From: Gammaproteobacteria bacterium
GTDB taxonomy: Bacteria > Pseudomonadota > Gammaproteobacteria > SZUA-229
DNA length: 46,552 bases
Assembly: GCA_029880105.1 (NCBI GenBank)
Contig: JAOUPA010000001.1
Span: 1 to 46,552 of the forward strand
Direction of reading: 5' to 3'
Part shown: piece after piece, positions 1 to 10,233 of the stretch
Layout of the letters: each line of letters starts with the position of its first letter
Numbering within the stretch: the first letter of the stretch is position 1
Position numbers and translations under genes: made by a program
Notes under the pieces: model-generated
Databases searched by the model: none
What the model was told of the DNA's origin: nothing
The model's input: the letters and a program-made list of their open reading frames with translations, nothing else

Positions 1-85
1 AGGTAACGGCGACCGGGGAGACGGCAACGCTTTCATCGCGTTCTGTCCAGAGGGCGGCGACCAAATTCCCGGTAAAAGGTTGTGA
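1..85 (+). CDS. 3' end of an upstream gene of the type IV minor-pilin operon (partial, product not identifiable)
   Basis: Open from the window edge. Frame 2 reads ...GNGDRGDGNAFIAFCPEGGDQIPGKRL* with TGA at 83-85. Frame 3 is also open, to TGA at 99-101 (ATGA overlap with the next ORF), so the frame is ambiguous. The context of pilY1 and pilE downstream suggests a pilX/pilW-like gene. Confidence 0.3.
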   Translation, partial: GNGDRGDGNAFIAFCPEGGDQIPGKRL

Positions 86-97
86 AGGAGATGATTT

Positions 98-415
98 ATG
101 AAGCTGCTAATTAATCTGGTCTGTGCGATATCGTTTTTTCTGAGCCAGTATGCCATGGCAGAAGAACACCCGTATGTGCCTTATGTGGCGCGGGCTTTAA
201 GTATCAAGCTATCAAATGATCGAACAGGTATCATCAAGGATGTCAGGTGTACCGGCTGTGATTTTACGACGGTGATAATTACGCCGAAAACCAGGGCCTA
301 TAGTAATGATGTTGAGGTCGATTTGCTCGAGGCGAAGATGTGGGCCGGCAAGCCAGCGCTGGTATCATTTAATCCAGAAACTCGGGAAGTACAAACTATT
401 CGTTGGCATGAATAG
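98..415 (+). CDS. small Sec-exported hypothetical protein inside the minor-pilin operon
   Basis: 105-aa ORF with an AAGGAG RBS (85-90) 7 nt upstream of the ATG. It has a classical signal peptide, MKLLINLVCAISFFLSQYAMA/EE. The mature part is about 84 aa with a single CTGC motif and no prepilin G/FxxxE motif. It lies 26 nt upstream of pilY1. Confidence 0.6.
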   Translation: MKLLINLVCAISFFLSQYAMAEEHPYVPYVARALSIKLSNDRTGIIKDVRCTGCDFTTVIITPKTRAYSNDVEVDLLEAKMWAGKPALVSFNPETREVQTIRWHE

Positions 416-441
416 TCCGTGGTAGTCATGAGAGGCTTGTT

Positions 442-3400
442 ATGAGTTACATAGGTAAAAAATTTCAAAAGATTTCCATTGGCTTTGCCCTGGGCTGCGG
501 TGTGCTGGCACCAGCCTACGCAGACGATATCGAGATTTATACTAACGCGAATTTGCTGGGTGCGCGGGCACAGCCGAATGTGATGTTCGTTATGGATTCT
601 TCCTGGGATATGTCAGGCACCTTACCAGCGTCGGAGCCATACGATTACACTAGAACTTATGACCTGTCAGGCGGTTACCTGCCGAACAAAGTCTATTACA
701 CCAATGACGGCACTCTACCTAAAACCAATGGCGACTATTTTGACTGGGCTGCCAATCACTGCCTGCACTCGTTGGAAGAATACGATCCCAATAATGGTGG
801 TTTCCAGGGTGCATTTACAGGCTCTTTATATACAACTGGTATGTATCTGGGCCAGGTGGCACAGTTCTATAATGCGGCTGGCAAGCTATTCTGGCGGGAT
901 CTTGTCACCAACAATGCGACGACACGGGCCTACCCTATAGAGTGTGTGCAGGATCATGATATACACGGCCAAAATGGTGCTGTTGGTAATAAAAATTTTA
1001 TTGCCAATAGTCCAGATACCACTACAGGCTGGGTTGGTGTAGAGAACAAAAGTGTTGCCGCGACTATCTGGGCAAATAACGCACAGAACTATACCTTGTT
1101 TTCAGGCAACTACCTCAATTATCTGAAAGACCCTACTGTAGTATTTTCACAGGTCCCCCTGTTTGATCAGTTAAAAAATGCGATTGGTACACTGGTAGCC
1201 AGTGTCAGTAATATCAATATGGGCCTGATGCAGTATGATAGAAAGATTAATGTCATTGACGGTGTGGACTACGGTGGTGAAGGTGGCCCGGTTATCTATC
1301 CCACGCTGGACGTGAACCTGGGTCGTCAGGACTTTTACAACCGCCTGGGTAATATGCAGGTAGGTGTTGATTCGGTTATTTCTGAAACCTATTTCGAGGC
1401 GCTGAAATACTTTGGTGGCGCAGAGGCGCATTATGGCACCAAGTCACTACCCAGCAACCAGGTGGGTAGTATGTTACCGGGTAATATCGAGTACGAGACA
1501 CCGATCACAGAGACCTGTCAGAAGAACTATATTATCGTCGTTTCGAATGGTCAGGCAACTTATGACTACCTCGATGCCAGCAAACGATCAACCCTGGCTG
1601 GCTTTGATGTTGGTTCGTGTAATACCGGGCCATATGCAGGTTGGAACAGTAACCAGGATGCCTTTAATTCAGATGGCTCGACCATTGATAACTGCCTGGA
1701 TGAGCTGGCTGATTGGGCGCATACCAATGATGTGGCAACGCGTGCCGATACACCGGCACATGTCGGTGATCAGAATATTACCACCTATACAGTGGGTTTC
1801 GCTTTTCCTGCCATAGCCTCGCAACAGCTTTTAGATGGCGAAAAGCTGTTGCGCGATACGGCCTTTAAGGGTGGTGGTCGATTTGCCGAGGCATCGAATG
1901 AGGCTGATCTGGTCCGTGTTCTAAATGAACTGGTATCAGAAATTCTTAAGGTGAACTCAACGTTCTCATCACCAGCGGTGTCGGTGAACGCGTTCAACCG
2001 TGCCACCAACCTGGATGATCTTTTCTTTACCCTGTTTAAACCGGCTGATGGTGAGCACTGGGAGGGTAATCTCAAAAAATTTAAGCTGGAATTTGACGCA
2101 AATAGATTGCCATTTGTAGCCGATAAAAACCACAATCCAGCCATTGATGCTGCATCAGGCTTCTTTAAAGATACCTCGGTCAGTTACTGGACGGCACCAA
2201 TTGATGCACCGGATGGTGCTGAAACCGCCAAGGGTGGTGCAGCCAGTAATATTGCAATGATACGTAAAATATATACATTTACTGGTAGCTATTCAGGTGC
2301 TACAGGGGTACTGACGCCAAGCAATAGTGATCTGACTTCTGTGACCAATAGGCTTACCCTGTCAAATACCAATATTACCGATGCTATGCTTGGTGGGCTA
2401 GCAACTAAGCCTCCTGTATCGGTGACGTTCTTTGGTTTTACATTTACATATGACTATAAAACGGCGCTTATACTCTGGTCGAGTGGCTATGATATTAAGG
2501 ATGTTAATACTAATGGTAATGTATTCGATGCGCGTCGTGAAATGGGTGACCCACTACACGCTGAGCCGGCGCTTGTACAATATGGGCAACTCGCAGGCGG
2601 CGTGCCTGATCTGGTAGCCTATGTAGCAACCAATGATGGCTATCTGCATGCGTTTAATACGGTCACAGGAAAAGAAAATTTTGCTTTTGTGCCACAGGAG
2701 ATATTGCCCAGGTTGCAGAATGTATTTGATGATACAGGCGTTACTGGAAAGGCTTATGGACTCGATGGCAATGTCATTTCATGGATTAATGATGCTAACC
2801 ATGATGGTACCGTTTCTGGTGCAGGCGAACACGTTTACCTGTATTTTGGTATGCGAAGAGGTGGTCGTTATATCTATTCACTGGATGTGACAAACAGAAA
2901 CCAGCCAAAACTACGTTGGGTCATTGAGGGTGGCACCGGTGATTATGCTGAACTGGGCCAGACGTGGTCATCACCGAATGTTGAAAGAATTAAAATAGGT
3001 GGTACAGAAAGGGTTGTTTTAATCTTTGGTGCCGGTTATGACGTTAACCAGGATTTGCTGCTGACACGAGGTACTGATACCGTTGGCCGTGGTATTTATA
3101 TCGTCGATGCAACGACAGGCGAGATGTTGTGGCGTGCAGGCCCCGATGGTGCGGCTGATTTACAGCTTACTAATATGCTTTACAGTATACCGGGCCGTAT
3201 TAAGCCAATAGATATTGATGGTGACGGCTACGTTGATCGCCTGTATGCAGGCGATATGGGTGGACAGCTATGGCGTATTGATATTGATAATAACGCAACG
3301 GGTAGTACTGTAGCCGCAAAAGGCGGACGTATTGCAGACCTGGCTATAGATGGTAGCGTTAATGACAACCGCCGATTCTATAATCCACCTGATGTCGCCA

Positions 3401-4038
3401 TTATTCTTGAAAAGGGGCAGGCACCCTATATTGCTGTTCTTGCGGCTTCAGGCTACAGGGCGCATCCACTGCAGACAGCCACACATGATCGCGCATATAT
3501 GATTCGTGATTATGATGTATATACAGTGCCAGCGTCGTATACAACCTTAACTGAGGCAGACTTGTTCGATACAACAGACAATTTAATTGGTCAGGGAACT
3601 CAGCTTCAAATAGATGCTGCAAAGGCTTTACTTGGTGCTGCTAAAGGCTGGTATATTACGTTTAGAGAAATGAGTGGGGCATATGTGGGTGAGAAGGCGC
3701 TGTCCGAGTCATTGATCTTGAACAATGTTGCCATCTTCACAACATTTATACCGGCTGCGGCAGGCCTGACTGCGAATACCTGTAAGGCAAACGATGGTAC
3801 TGGCGCAATTTATTACGTTAATATCGCTGATGGTACGCCGACAGATGATGGTGATACCTCAACGACTGAGACACGCGAAGACCGCAGAACACTCCTTGCT
3901 CGTGGTGGTATTCCGCCAACACCACGTGTGATTATTACTGAAGATGGTATTCCTACGCTATGTGTAGGTACCGAATGTAGTAAAGCAGGTGAAGTTGGAA
4001 CTGTCGAGAGATTGTATTGGTATGAAGTTGAACAATAA
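442..4038 (+). CDS. pilY1: type IV pilus tip-associated adhesin/biogenesis factor PilY1
   Basis: 1198-aa ORF. Signal peptide ends ...LAPAYA/DDIEIY. The N-terminal region is vWA-like (NVMFVMDSSWDMSG). The C-terminal part is a PilY1 beta-propeller with the EF-hand-like Ca site DIDGDGYVDRLYAGDMGGQLWRID. It is followed directly by pilE. Confidence 0.9.
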   Translation: MSYIGKKFQKISIGFALGCGVLAPAYADDIEIYTNANLLGARAQPNVMFVMDSSWDMSGTLPASEPYDYTRTYDLSGGYLPNKVYYTNDGTLPKTNGDYFDWAANHCLHSLEEYDPNNGGFQGAFTGSLYTTGMYLGQVAQFYNAAGKLFWRDLVTNNATTRAYPIECVQDHDIHGQNGAVGNKNFIANSPDTTTGWVGVENKSVAATIWANNAQNYTLFSGNYLNYLKDPTVVFSQVPLFDQLKNAIGTLVASVSNINMGLMQYDRKINVIDGVDYGGEGGPVIYPTLDVNLGRQDFYNRLGNMQVGVDSVISETYFEALKYFGGAEAHYGTKSLPSNQVGSMLPGNIEYETPITETCQKNYIIVVSNGQATYDYLDASKRSTLAGFDVGSCNTGPYAGWNSNQDAFNSDGSTIDNCLDELADWAHTNDVATRADTPAHVGDQNITTYTVGFAFPAIASQQLLDGEKLLRDTAFKGGGRFAEASNEADLVRVLNELVSEILKVNSTFSSPAVSVNAFNRATNLDDLFFTLFKPADGEHWEGNLKKFKLEFDANRLPFVADKNHNPAIDAASGFFKDTSVSYWTAPIDAPDGAETAKGGAASNIAMIRKIYTFTGSYSGATGVLTPSNSDLTSVTNRLTLSNTNITDAMLGGLATKPPVSVTFFGFTFTYDYKTALILWSSGYDIKDVNTNGNVFDARREMGDPLHAEPALVQYGQLAGGVPDLVAYVATNDGYLHAFNTVTGKENFAFVPQEILPRLQNVFDDTGVTGKAYGLDGNVISWINDANHDGTVSGAGEHVYLYFGMRRGGRYIYSLDVTNRNQPKLRWVIEGGTGDYAELGQTWSSPNVERIKIGGTERVVLIFGAGYDVNQDLLLTRGTDTVGRGIYIVDATTGEMLWRAGPDGAADLQLTNMLYSIPGRIKPIDIDGDGYVDRLYAGDMGGQLWRIDIDNNATGSTVAAKGGRIADLAIDGSVNDNRRFYNPPDVAIILEKGQAPYIAVLAASGYRAHPLQTATHDRAYMIRDYDVYTVPASYTTLTEADLFDTTDNLIGQGTQLQIDAAKALLGAAKGWYITFREMSGAYVGEKALSESLILNNVAIFTTFIPAAAGLTANTCKANDGTGAIYYVNIADGTPTDDGDTSTTETREDRRTLLARGGIPPTPRVIITEDGIPTLCVGTECSKAGEVGTVERLYWYEVEQ

Positions 4039-4052
4039 ATATAGGGCTATGA

Positions 4053-4451
4053 GTGATGAAAAATAATAACGGATTCTCCTTGATTGAGTTAATGATTGTC
4101 GTGGCTATTATCGGGATATTGAGTGCAATTGCGATTCCTAGTTATAAGGAATACATGACTGAATCACGTCGCTCTGATGCCAAAGTAGGGCTGAGCAAGA
4201 TTGCGGACAAACAGGAACGGTATTATTTGCAGAATAACACTTATACTACTGATCTTGCTGCGATTGCTACAAACGCGACATCTGATGGAGGTTTTTATAT
4301 ATTTGACGTTGTATCAGCAAATGTGAGTGGCTTTGAAGTGACTGCTACCGCAATTGGAGATCAGGCGTCAGATACAGACTGCAAAACCCTATCATTAACT
4401 TCAACCGGGCTGAAATCAGCAACCGGCGACGATCCGACTTCGTGTTGGTAA
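4053..4451 (+). CDS. pilE: type IV minor pilin PilE
   Basis: Prepilin leader and methylation motif MMKNNNG/FSLIELMIVVAIIGILSAIAIPSY. C-terminal Cys pair (DCKT...TSCW). Position after pilY1 matches the fimU-pilVWXY1E type operon. An ATG at 4056 is an alternative to the GTG at 4053. Confidence 0.85.
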   Translation: MMKNNNGFSLIELMIVVAIIGILSAIAIPSYKEYMTESRRSDAKVGLSKIADKQERYYLQNNTYTTDLAAIATNATSDGGFYIFDVVSANVSGFEVTATAIGDQASDTDCKTLSLTSTGLKSATGDDPTSCW

Positions 4452-4486
4452 TGTATTTATTGTCTGTATATATTTTGTAAATTTAT

Positions 4487-5428
4487 CTATTCAGTTGTTC
4501 TTAGTGCTTTGGGTAGTTGGAATCGTACCGATTCAGCTGCCCCATAGTCGTTATGGATGCTTGCCTGAAACTGCGACTGTAACCTGTCCATCACTTCCTT
4601 AACCAGAACTTCAGGCGCAGATGCACCCGCGGTGACGCCAACTGATGTTGCATTAAGAAACCAGTCCACATTTATGTCATTAGCATCATCAATGAGATAG
4701 GCGTTAACACCCTGCTTCTCAGCAAGTTCTCGTAATCGGTTGGAGTTTGAGCTGTTGGTAGAGCCGATGACCAGAAAGACGTCTACCTTGTTTGAAAGCT
4801 CACGTACAGCATCCTGACGATTCTGTGTTGCATAACAGATGTCATCTTTGCGAGGCCCCTGAATGGAGGGAAATCGTTGCTCTAGGGCATCGATAATCTG
4901 GCGGGTGTCATCGACTGACAGGGTTGTCTGGGAGACGTAAGCCAGATTATCTGGGTTGTCGATTTCCAGATCATTCACATCATCAATTGTTTCTACGAGG
5001 TAAATCTTCCCGCTAGATGATGAGTCATACTGACCAAGGGTGCCCTCAACTTCGGGGTGGCCCGCATGACCAATTAGAATTACATTAACATTTGTTTGTG
5101 CGTAGCGAGCCACTTCAAGATGGACTTTGGTAACCAGTGGGCAGGTGGCATCGAAGACACGAAGCGCGCGCTGGTCGGCTTCGGTGCGAACTGCCTGGGA
5201 TACACCATGTGCACTGAAGATAACAGTGGCGTCATCAGGTACTTCACTGAGGGCCTCAACAAAAACAGCACCTTTTTGTGCAAGATTATTAACAACATAC
5301 CGGTTGTGTACCACTTCATGACGGACATAAACTGGCGCACCAAAAATATCGAGTGCTCTCTCGACAATTTCAATGGCTCGATCAACGCCTGCACAGAAAC
5401 CACGGGGATTAGCGAGATAGATATCCAT
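4487..5428 (-). CDS. ispH: 4-hydroxy-3-methylbut-2-enyl diphosphate reductase
   Basis: [23 protein letters not shown]... matches the IspH/LytB N-terminus. 313 aa. Canonical ileS-lspA-fkpB-ispH synteny. Confidence 0.95.
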   Translation of the reverse strand: MDIYLANPRGFCAGVDRAIEIVERALDIFGAPVYVRHEVVHNRYVVNNLAQKGAVFVEALSEVPDDATVIFSAHGVSQAVRTEADQRALRVFDATCPLVTKVHLEVARYAQTNVNVILIGHAGHPEVEGTLGQYDSSSSGKIYLVETIDDVNDLEIDNPDNLAYVSQTTLSVDDTRQIIDALEQRFPSIQGPRKDDICYATQNRQDAVRELSNKVDVFLVIGSTNSSNSNRLRELAEKQGVNAYLIDDANDINVDWFLNATSVGVTAGASAPEVLVKEVMDRLQSQFQASIHNDYGAAESVRFQLPKALRTTE

Positions 5429-5436
5429 AGTATTGA

Positions 5437-5895
5437 TTAATTATCTTGCCCATAGGAGTGAGTGTTGTTGATTTCAAGTATTTTGACTGTGAATATGAGT
5501 GGAAGACCAGCAAGTGGATGGTTGAAATCAACTTGAACACCATCGTTGGTAATGGCGCGAACCGTACCTGGAAGGTCATCGCCATCGGGTGTTCCAAAAT
5601 TAAATGTCACGCCTATTTCTGGTGACAGATCATCACTAAAATCGGACAGCGGCATGGTATGAATGTTATCTTCATCACGGAAACCAAAACACTGCTCCGG
5701 GGTGAGTGTCAGGGATTGTTCATCGTTGGCTCTTAGTCCAATAAGTGCGAGCTGCATACCTTCAGGTAGTTGTGAGTCGAGCATATTGATCTCAAGCGGG
5801 TCTTCGCCAAAATTGCTTTCAATAACCGTGCCATCGGTGAGCATAAGGCTGTAGTGTAATAATACCTGGCTGGTTTGATTAATTTTTTCAGCCAT
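5437..5895 (-). CDS. fkpB: FKBP-type peptidyl-prolyl cis-trans isomerase FkpB (SlpA-like)
   Basis: ...[21 protein letters not shown] is an FKBP/IF-domain signature. The ATG at 5895 has a GAGGA RBS 8 nt upstream. The ORF-track TTG at 5910 lies inside that RBS. Synteny with lspA and ispH. Confidence 0.9.
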   Translation of the reverse strand: MAEKINQTSQVLLHYSLMLTDGTVIESNFGEDPLEINMLDSQLPEGMQLALIGLRANDEQSLTLTPEQCFGFRDEDNIHTMPLSDFSDDLSPEIGVTFNFGTPDGDDLPGTVRAITNDGVQVDFNHPLAGLPLIFTVKILEINNTHSYGQDN

Positions 5896-6412
5896 TATCT
5901 TTTTCCTCAAAGTGTTCCTTGATCATGTCGATCACTAACATTGCTGCGCCAAGTGAAATTGCCGAATCAGCAATATTAAAGGCTGGCCAGAAACAGGTGG
6001 AGCCAGAATCGAGCTTCCATAGGGAAAATCCAGGCAGGCAGGCATCAGCATGATAATAATACTGGATGAAGTCGATGACATGACCAAAAAGTACGCGATC
6101 AATCAGGTTGCCAATAGCGCCGCCAAGAATGAGGGCAAGGCCAATCGAAAGTAGTTTTTTGTTTTTATCGAGTTGCTTTAACCAGAAGAAAAGAAACAGG
6201 CTAATGGCGGATGATAATGCAATGAAGAACCAACGCTGCCACCCGCCAGCATTGCTGAGAAAGCTGAAGGCAGCACCCTCATTGTACATTAGCGTCCAGT
6301 TCAGGTTGGATATAACGGCAACAGGCTGGTGTGATACCAGTGATTGCTCTGCCAGCTGTTTAGTGAGCTGATCAAGAACAGTTACAACAACAGTTAGCCA
6401 GAGCCAGTTCAC
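5888..6412 (-). CDS. lspA: lipoprotein signal peptidase II
   Basis: 174 aa and four TM segments. Motifs NEGAAFSFL and FNIADSAISLG. Located downstream of ileS. Confidence 0.95.
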   Translation of the reverse strand: MNWLWLTVVVTVLDQLTKQLAEQSLVSHQPVAVISNLNWTLMYNEGAAFSFLSNAGGWQRWFFIALSSAISLFLFFWLKQLDKNKKLLSIGLALILGGAIGNLIDRVLFGHVIDFIQYYYHADACLPGFSLWKLDSGSTCFWPAFNIADSAISLGAAMLVIDMIKEHFEEKDNG

Positions 6413-6421
6413 GTTATAGGC

Positions 6422-9256
6422 CTAGGCGAAGCGGCGTGTTTCGCCACGCACTGCTACATTCTCAACACAGCGGCCACAAAGCTCTGGATGCGACGGGTGC
6501 TGGCCAACGTCGTCACGGTGATGCCAGCAACGAACACACTTGGTGTGCTCAGATGCAAAAGCCGAGATTTTAATGATGCTGCCATTACTCAATTTTGATT
6601 CAATAGAGTTTTTATCTGCAGCACTTAAGGCGGAGACCTTTGCATCTGATGTTATCAGCACAAAACGCAACTCGTTATCGAGCTGGTTCAGCTGATTAAA
6701 AACTTCACCATCACAGTAGATGATGACTTCAGCATCGAGAGAAGAGCCAATTTTATTTTCATTGCGCAGTATTTCAAGTTGTTTACTAATGGAGGCTCTG
6801 GTTTCCAGAATGTTCTGCCAGAAAGCCATATTCATGGCATCATGCGTATCTAGTTCAAAAAGTTCCTGATACCAGTTTTCAAGAAATACGGATTTAGAAT
6901 GCTCACCAGGAATTGCCTTCCATATTTCATCAGCAGTGAAACTCAAAATTGGTGCCATCCAGCGACACATGGCTTCAGCGATATGATACAGCGCAGTCTG
7001 TGCAGAACGACGTGCAATACTATTTGTTTGTGCTGTGTACTGACGATCCTTGATGACATCGAGATAAAAGCCGCCCAGATCAACGGAGCAAAAGTTATGC
7101 AACTTCTGGTAGATGAGGTGGAAATTGTAACTGTCGTAGGCAGCAATAATTTCATCCTGAAGTGATCTGGTTTTGGCTACGGCCCAGCGATCCAGAGGCA
7201 ACATTTTTTCTGCATCAAGTTTGTCTCGTGCCGGTTCAAAACCATTGAGGTTAGAGAGCAGGAAGCGTGCGGTATTGCGAATACGGCGATAGGTGTCGGC
7301 AGAACGTTTTAAAATTTCATCGGACACGGTCATCTCTGCGCTGTAATCACAGCTGGCAACCCAGAGCCGTAGAATGTCTGCGCCCAGAGAGTTGACGATT
7401 TTTTGAGGCGCGACCACGTTACCCAGAGACTTCGACATTTTGTGTCCCTTGGCATCAACGGTGAAGCCGTGTGTCAGTACGCTTCTGTATGGCGCAACTC
7501 CATTAATGGCTGTTGAGGTTAATAGTGATGACTGGAACCAGCCGCGATGCTGGTCTGAGCCTTCCAGGTATAAATCGGCTGGGAATGGCAGGCTTTCACG
7601 CTGGCCGAGTACGCAGGCGTGAGTAACGCCAGAATCGAACCAGACATCTAGTGTGTCAGTTGTTTTGTCGTAGTGTTTAGCATCATCGCCAATGAGTTCT
7701 GCGGCATTGAGTTCAAACCAGGCATCGATACTTTCTTTTTCGATGCGTTGTGCAACGGTTTCTATCAGTGCTTGCGTGTTGGGATGAAGCTCACCGGTTT
7801 CCTTGTGCACGAATAAGGTAATCGGAACACCCCATGTGCGTTGTCTTGATATGCACCAGTCGGGGCGGTTCTTGATCATGGTCTCAATACGAGCCTGGCC
7901 CCAGTCAGGAATCCACTGGGTTTTGTTCACTTCCCTGAGTGCCTGATCGCGCAGTCCATTCTGTTCCATGCTGACAAACCATTGCGGTGTTGCACGGAAA
8001 ATGATCGGTGTCTTGTGCCGCCAGCAGCAGGGATAACTGTGCTGCAGTTTTTCGTGTTTTAAGAGAGCGCCATTCTGCTCCAGTGTGTCAATTATGGCAG
8101 CATTGGCCTTGTGAACATGAATACCAGCAAATAATTCTGTATCAGGCAGGAAAACACCGTCGCTACCAACCGGGTTGTAAACTTCTAAACCATAACGCAG
8201 GCCAACGACATAGTCGTCCTGACCATGGCCGGGCGCTGTGTGCACCGCTCCAGTACCTGTTTCAGTAGTGACATGGTCGCCAAGAATGATCGGTACCTGC
8301 TTGTCATAAAAGGGGTGTTGCAGTAACTGCTTCTCCAGTTTGCTACCCGTGGTGTTACCGAGTACGCAGTACTGGTCGATGCCATAGCGGTGGAGCGCGG
8401 CTACTGCGAGTGTCTCTTCGAGTATCAGGCAGGCAGGGCCGTTACTGGTGGTGACCTGAATCAGTTGGTAATTGAAATCGGGATGCAGGCAGACGGCCTG
8501 GTTAGCTGGCAGGGTCCACGGTGTGGTTGTCCAGATCACCGCAGCAACATCGCCTTCTGCCTTGTTGGCGCAGCCAAAAATATTGAGAATAGATGCAGCA
8601 TCGGAGGCCTTGAACATGACGTCGATTGCGGGTGACTCTTTATCTTTGTATTCGACTTCAGCTTCAGCCAGTGCCGAGCCACAGTCCAGGCACCAGTGCA
8701 CCGGCTTGCTGCCTTTGTGCAGATGGCCTTTCTCAATGATCTTGCCGAGAGAGCGAACGATATCGGCTTCAAATTTGTAATCCATGGTGAGATAAGGTTT
8801 GTCCCAGTCACCGAGTACGCCGAGGCGAATAAAATCCTTGCGTTGGCCATCGACCTGCTTGGCCGCATATTCACGACATTTCTGGCGGAAAGTTTTTGCA
8901 TCAACCTTGTCACCGGCCTTGCCAATTTTTTTCTCGACCATTAATTCTATGGGCAGGCCGTGACAATCCCAGCCAGGGACGTAGCGCGCATCAAAACCTG
9001 CGATCGTTTTGCTTTTAACAATAATGTCTTTGAGAATCTTGTTGACCGCATGGCCGATGTGGATATCGCCATTGGCGTAAGGAGGACCATCGTGCAGCAC
9101 AAAAGTTGGCCGACCTTTGCAGGCCTCGCGAATCTGCTGATACAGGCCCTCACTATCCCATTCTTTGAGCATTTCCGGTTCGCGGTTGGCGAGATTGCCG
9201 CGCATCGGAAAGTCAGTATCTGGCAGATTCAGCGTTGGTTTGTAGTCGATGGTCAT
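6422..9256 (-). CDS. ileS: isoleucine--tRNA ligase
   Basis: 944 aa. HIGH motif ([12 protein letters not shown]), KMSKS motif ([10 protein letters not shown]) and a C-terminal Zn-finger with cysteines (CVRCWHH...CGRC). Confidence 0.97.
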   Translation of the reverse strand: MTIDYKPTLNLPDTDFPMRGNLANREPEMLKEWDSEGLYQQIREACKGRPTFVLHDGPPYANGDIHIGHAVNKILKDIIVKSKTIAGFDARYVPGWDCHGLPIELMVEKKIGKAGDKVDAKTFRQKCREYAAKQVDGQRKDFIRLGVLGDWDKPYLTMDYKFEADIVRSLGKIIEKGHLHKGSKPVHWCLDCGSALAEAEVEYKDKESPAIDVMFKASDAASILNIFGCANKAEGDVAAVIWTTTPWTLPANQAVCLHPDFNYQLIQVTTSNGPACLILEETLAVAALHRYGIDQYCVLGNTTGSKLEKQLLQHPFYDKQVPIILGDHVTTETGTGAVHTAPGHGQDDYVVGLRYGLEVYNPVGSDGVFLPDTELFAGIHVHKANAAIIDTLEQNGALLKHEKLQHSYPCCWRHKTPIIFRATPQWFVSMEQNGLRDQALREVNKTQWIPDWGQARIETMIKNRPDWCISRQRTWGVPITLFVHKETGELHPNTQALIETVAQRIEKESIDAWFELNAAELIGDDAKHYDKTTDTLDVWFDSGVTHACVLGQRESLPFPADLYLEGSDQHRGWFQSSLLTSTAINGVAPYRSVLTHGFTVDAKGHKMSKSLGNVVAPQKIVNSLGADILRLWVASCDYSAEMTVSDEILKRSADTYRRIRNTARFLLSNLNGFEPARDKLDAEKMLPLDRWAVAKTRSLQDEIIAAYDSYNFHLIYQKLHNFCSVDLGGFYLDVIKDRQYTAQTNSIARRSAQTALYHIAEAMCRWMAPILSFTADEIWKAIPGEHSKSVFLENWYQELFELDTHDAMNMAFWQNILETRASISKQLEILRNENKIGSSLDAEVIIYCDGEVFNQLNQLDNELRFVLITSDAKVSALSAADKNSIESKLSNGSIIKISAFASEHTKCVRCWHHRDDVGQHPSHPELCGRCVENVAVRGETRRFA

Positions 9257-9274
9257 GTCACGTTACTGTAAAAA

Positions 9275-10222
9275 TTAATCGTTGGTCAGGCCGTGAAACT
9301 CACGTGCCGTCTGGCAATCGAGCATAATCTGATTTTTGAGGTCATCAAAAGAGGCAAATTTTTGCTCATCACGTATTTTTTGATGAAAGGCTATACAGAC
9401 GTTCTCACCATAAATATCCTGATTGAAATCGAATAAATGAACTTCAAGCTGAACACGTTCGCCTTCCACCGTGGGTCGAAGCCCGAGATTGGCGATGCCT
9501 TTCGCAGTGCCTAATTTACTGGAATGCATGGTAACAGAATATACCCCTTGTAGAGGGGTGCTGGGGCGGTGCAGATGAATATTTGCAGTTGGAAATCCGA
9601 TTGTGCGCCCTCGTTTGTCACCATGTGCAACGCGTCCGCAGATCTGGTAGGGCCTGCCCAGCATTTTTTCTGTGTCATCAAGCTGGCCGTTAATCAATGC
9701 CTGACGAATTCGAGTACTGCTGACGCGGGTATCGCCCACGTGATGTGTTGATAGCGATGCGACTTCAAAACCGTGTTTTTCGCCGTATTTCTGTAACAGT
9801 TCAAGGTTTCCCTTACGGTCGCGCCCAAACTGGAAGTCATCACCAATCACCAATGCCTTGATCGCTAGCTTGTCAACAAGGATGCTCTGGATAAATTCAT
9901 CGGCGGTCATCGAGCAGAAGTCGACGTCGAAATTCATCAGTAAAACATAATCCGGGCAAAGAGCAGGCAGATGGTCGGCCAGCGCGATCAGTTTGTCTCG
10001 GGTATTCATCAGACGAGGGCGATCACTGGCACTGGAGAAGTATTCGTGTGGCAGGGGATCGAAGCTCATCATGCAGGTTTTGGCGTCGTGTTTTCTGGCA
10101 ATCTCGGCCAGTAGTTTGAGCAGGGCCTGGTGACCCAGGTGAATCCCATCGAAATTACCAATGGTCAGGGCGAGGCCCTGATGTGTCGGCTTTAGATTAT
10201 GGAGTTCACGGATTAGATGCAT
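9275..10222 (-). CDS. ribF: bifunctional riboflavin kinase / FMN adenylyltransferase
   Basis: 315 aa. LTIGNFDGIHLGHQAL for the FAD synthetase part and GFPTANI...GVY for the riboflavin kinase part. ribF-ileS synteny. Confidence 0.95.
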   Translation of the reverse strand: MHLIRELHNLKPTHQGLALTIGNFDGIHLGHQALLKLLAEIARKHDAKTCMMSFDPLPHEYFSSASDRPRLMNTRDKLIALADHLPALCPDYVLLMNFDVDFCSMTADEFIQSILVDKLAIKALVIGDDFQFGRDRKGNLELLQKYGEKHGFEVASLSTHHVGDTRVSSTRIRQALINGQLDDTEKMLGRPYQICGRVAHGDKRGRTIGFPTANIHLHRPSTPLQGVYSVTMHSSKLGTAKGIANLGLRPTVEGERVQLEVHLFDFNQDIYGENVCIAFHQKIRDEQKFASFDDLKNQIMLDCQTAREFHGLTND

Positions 10223-10233
10223 GGTTCAGGTTG

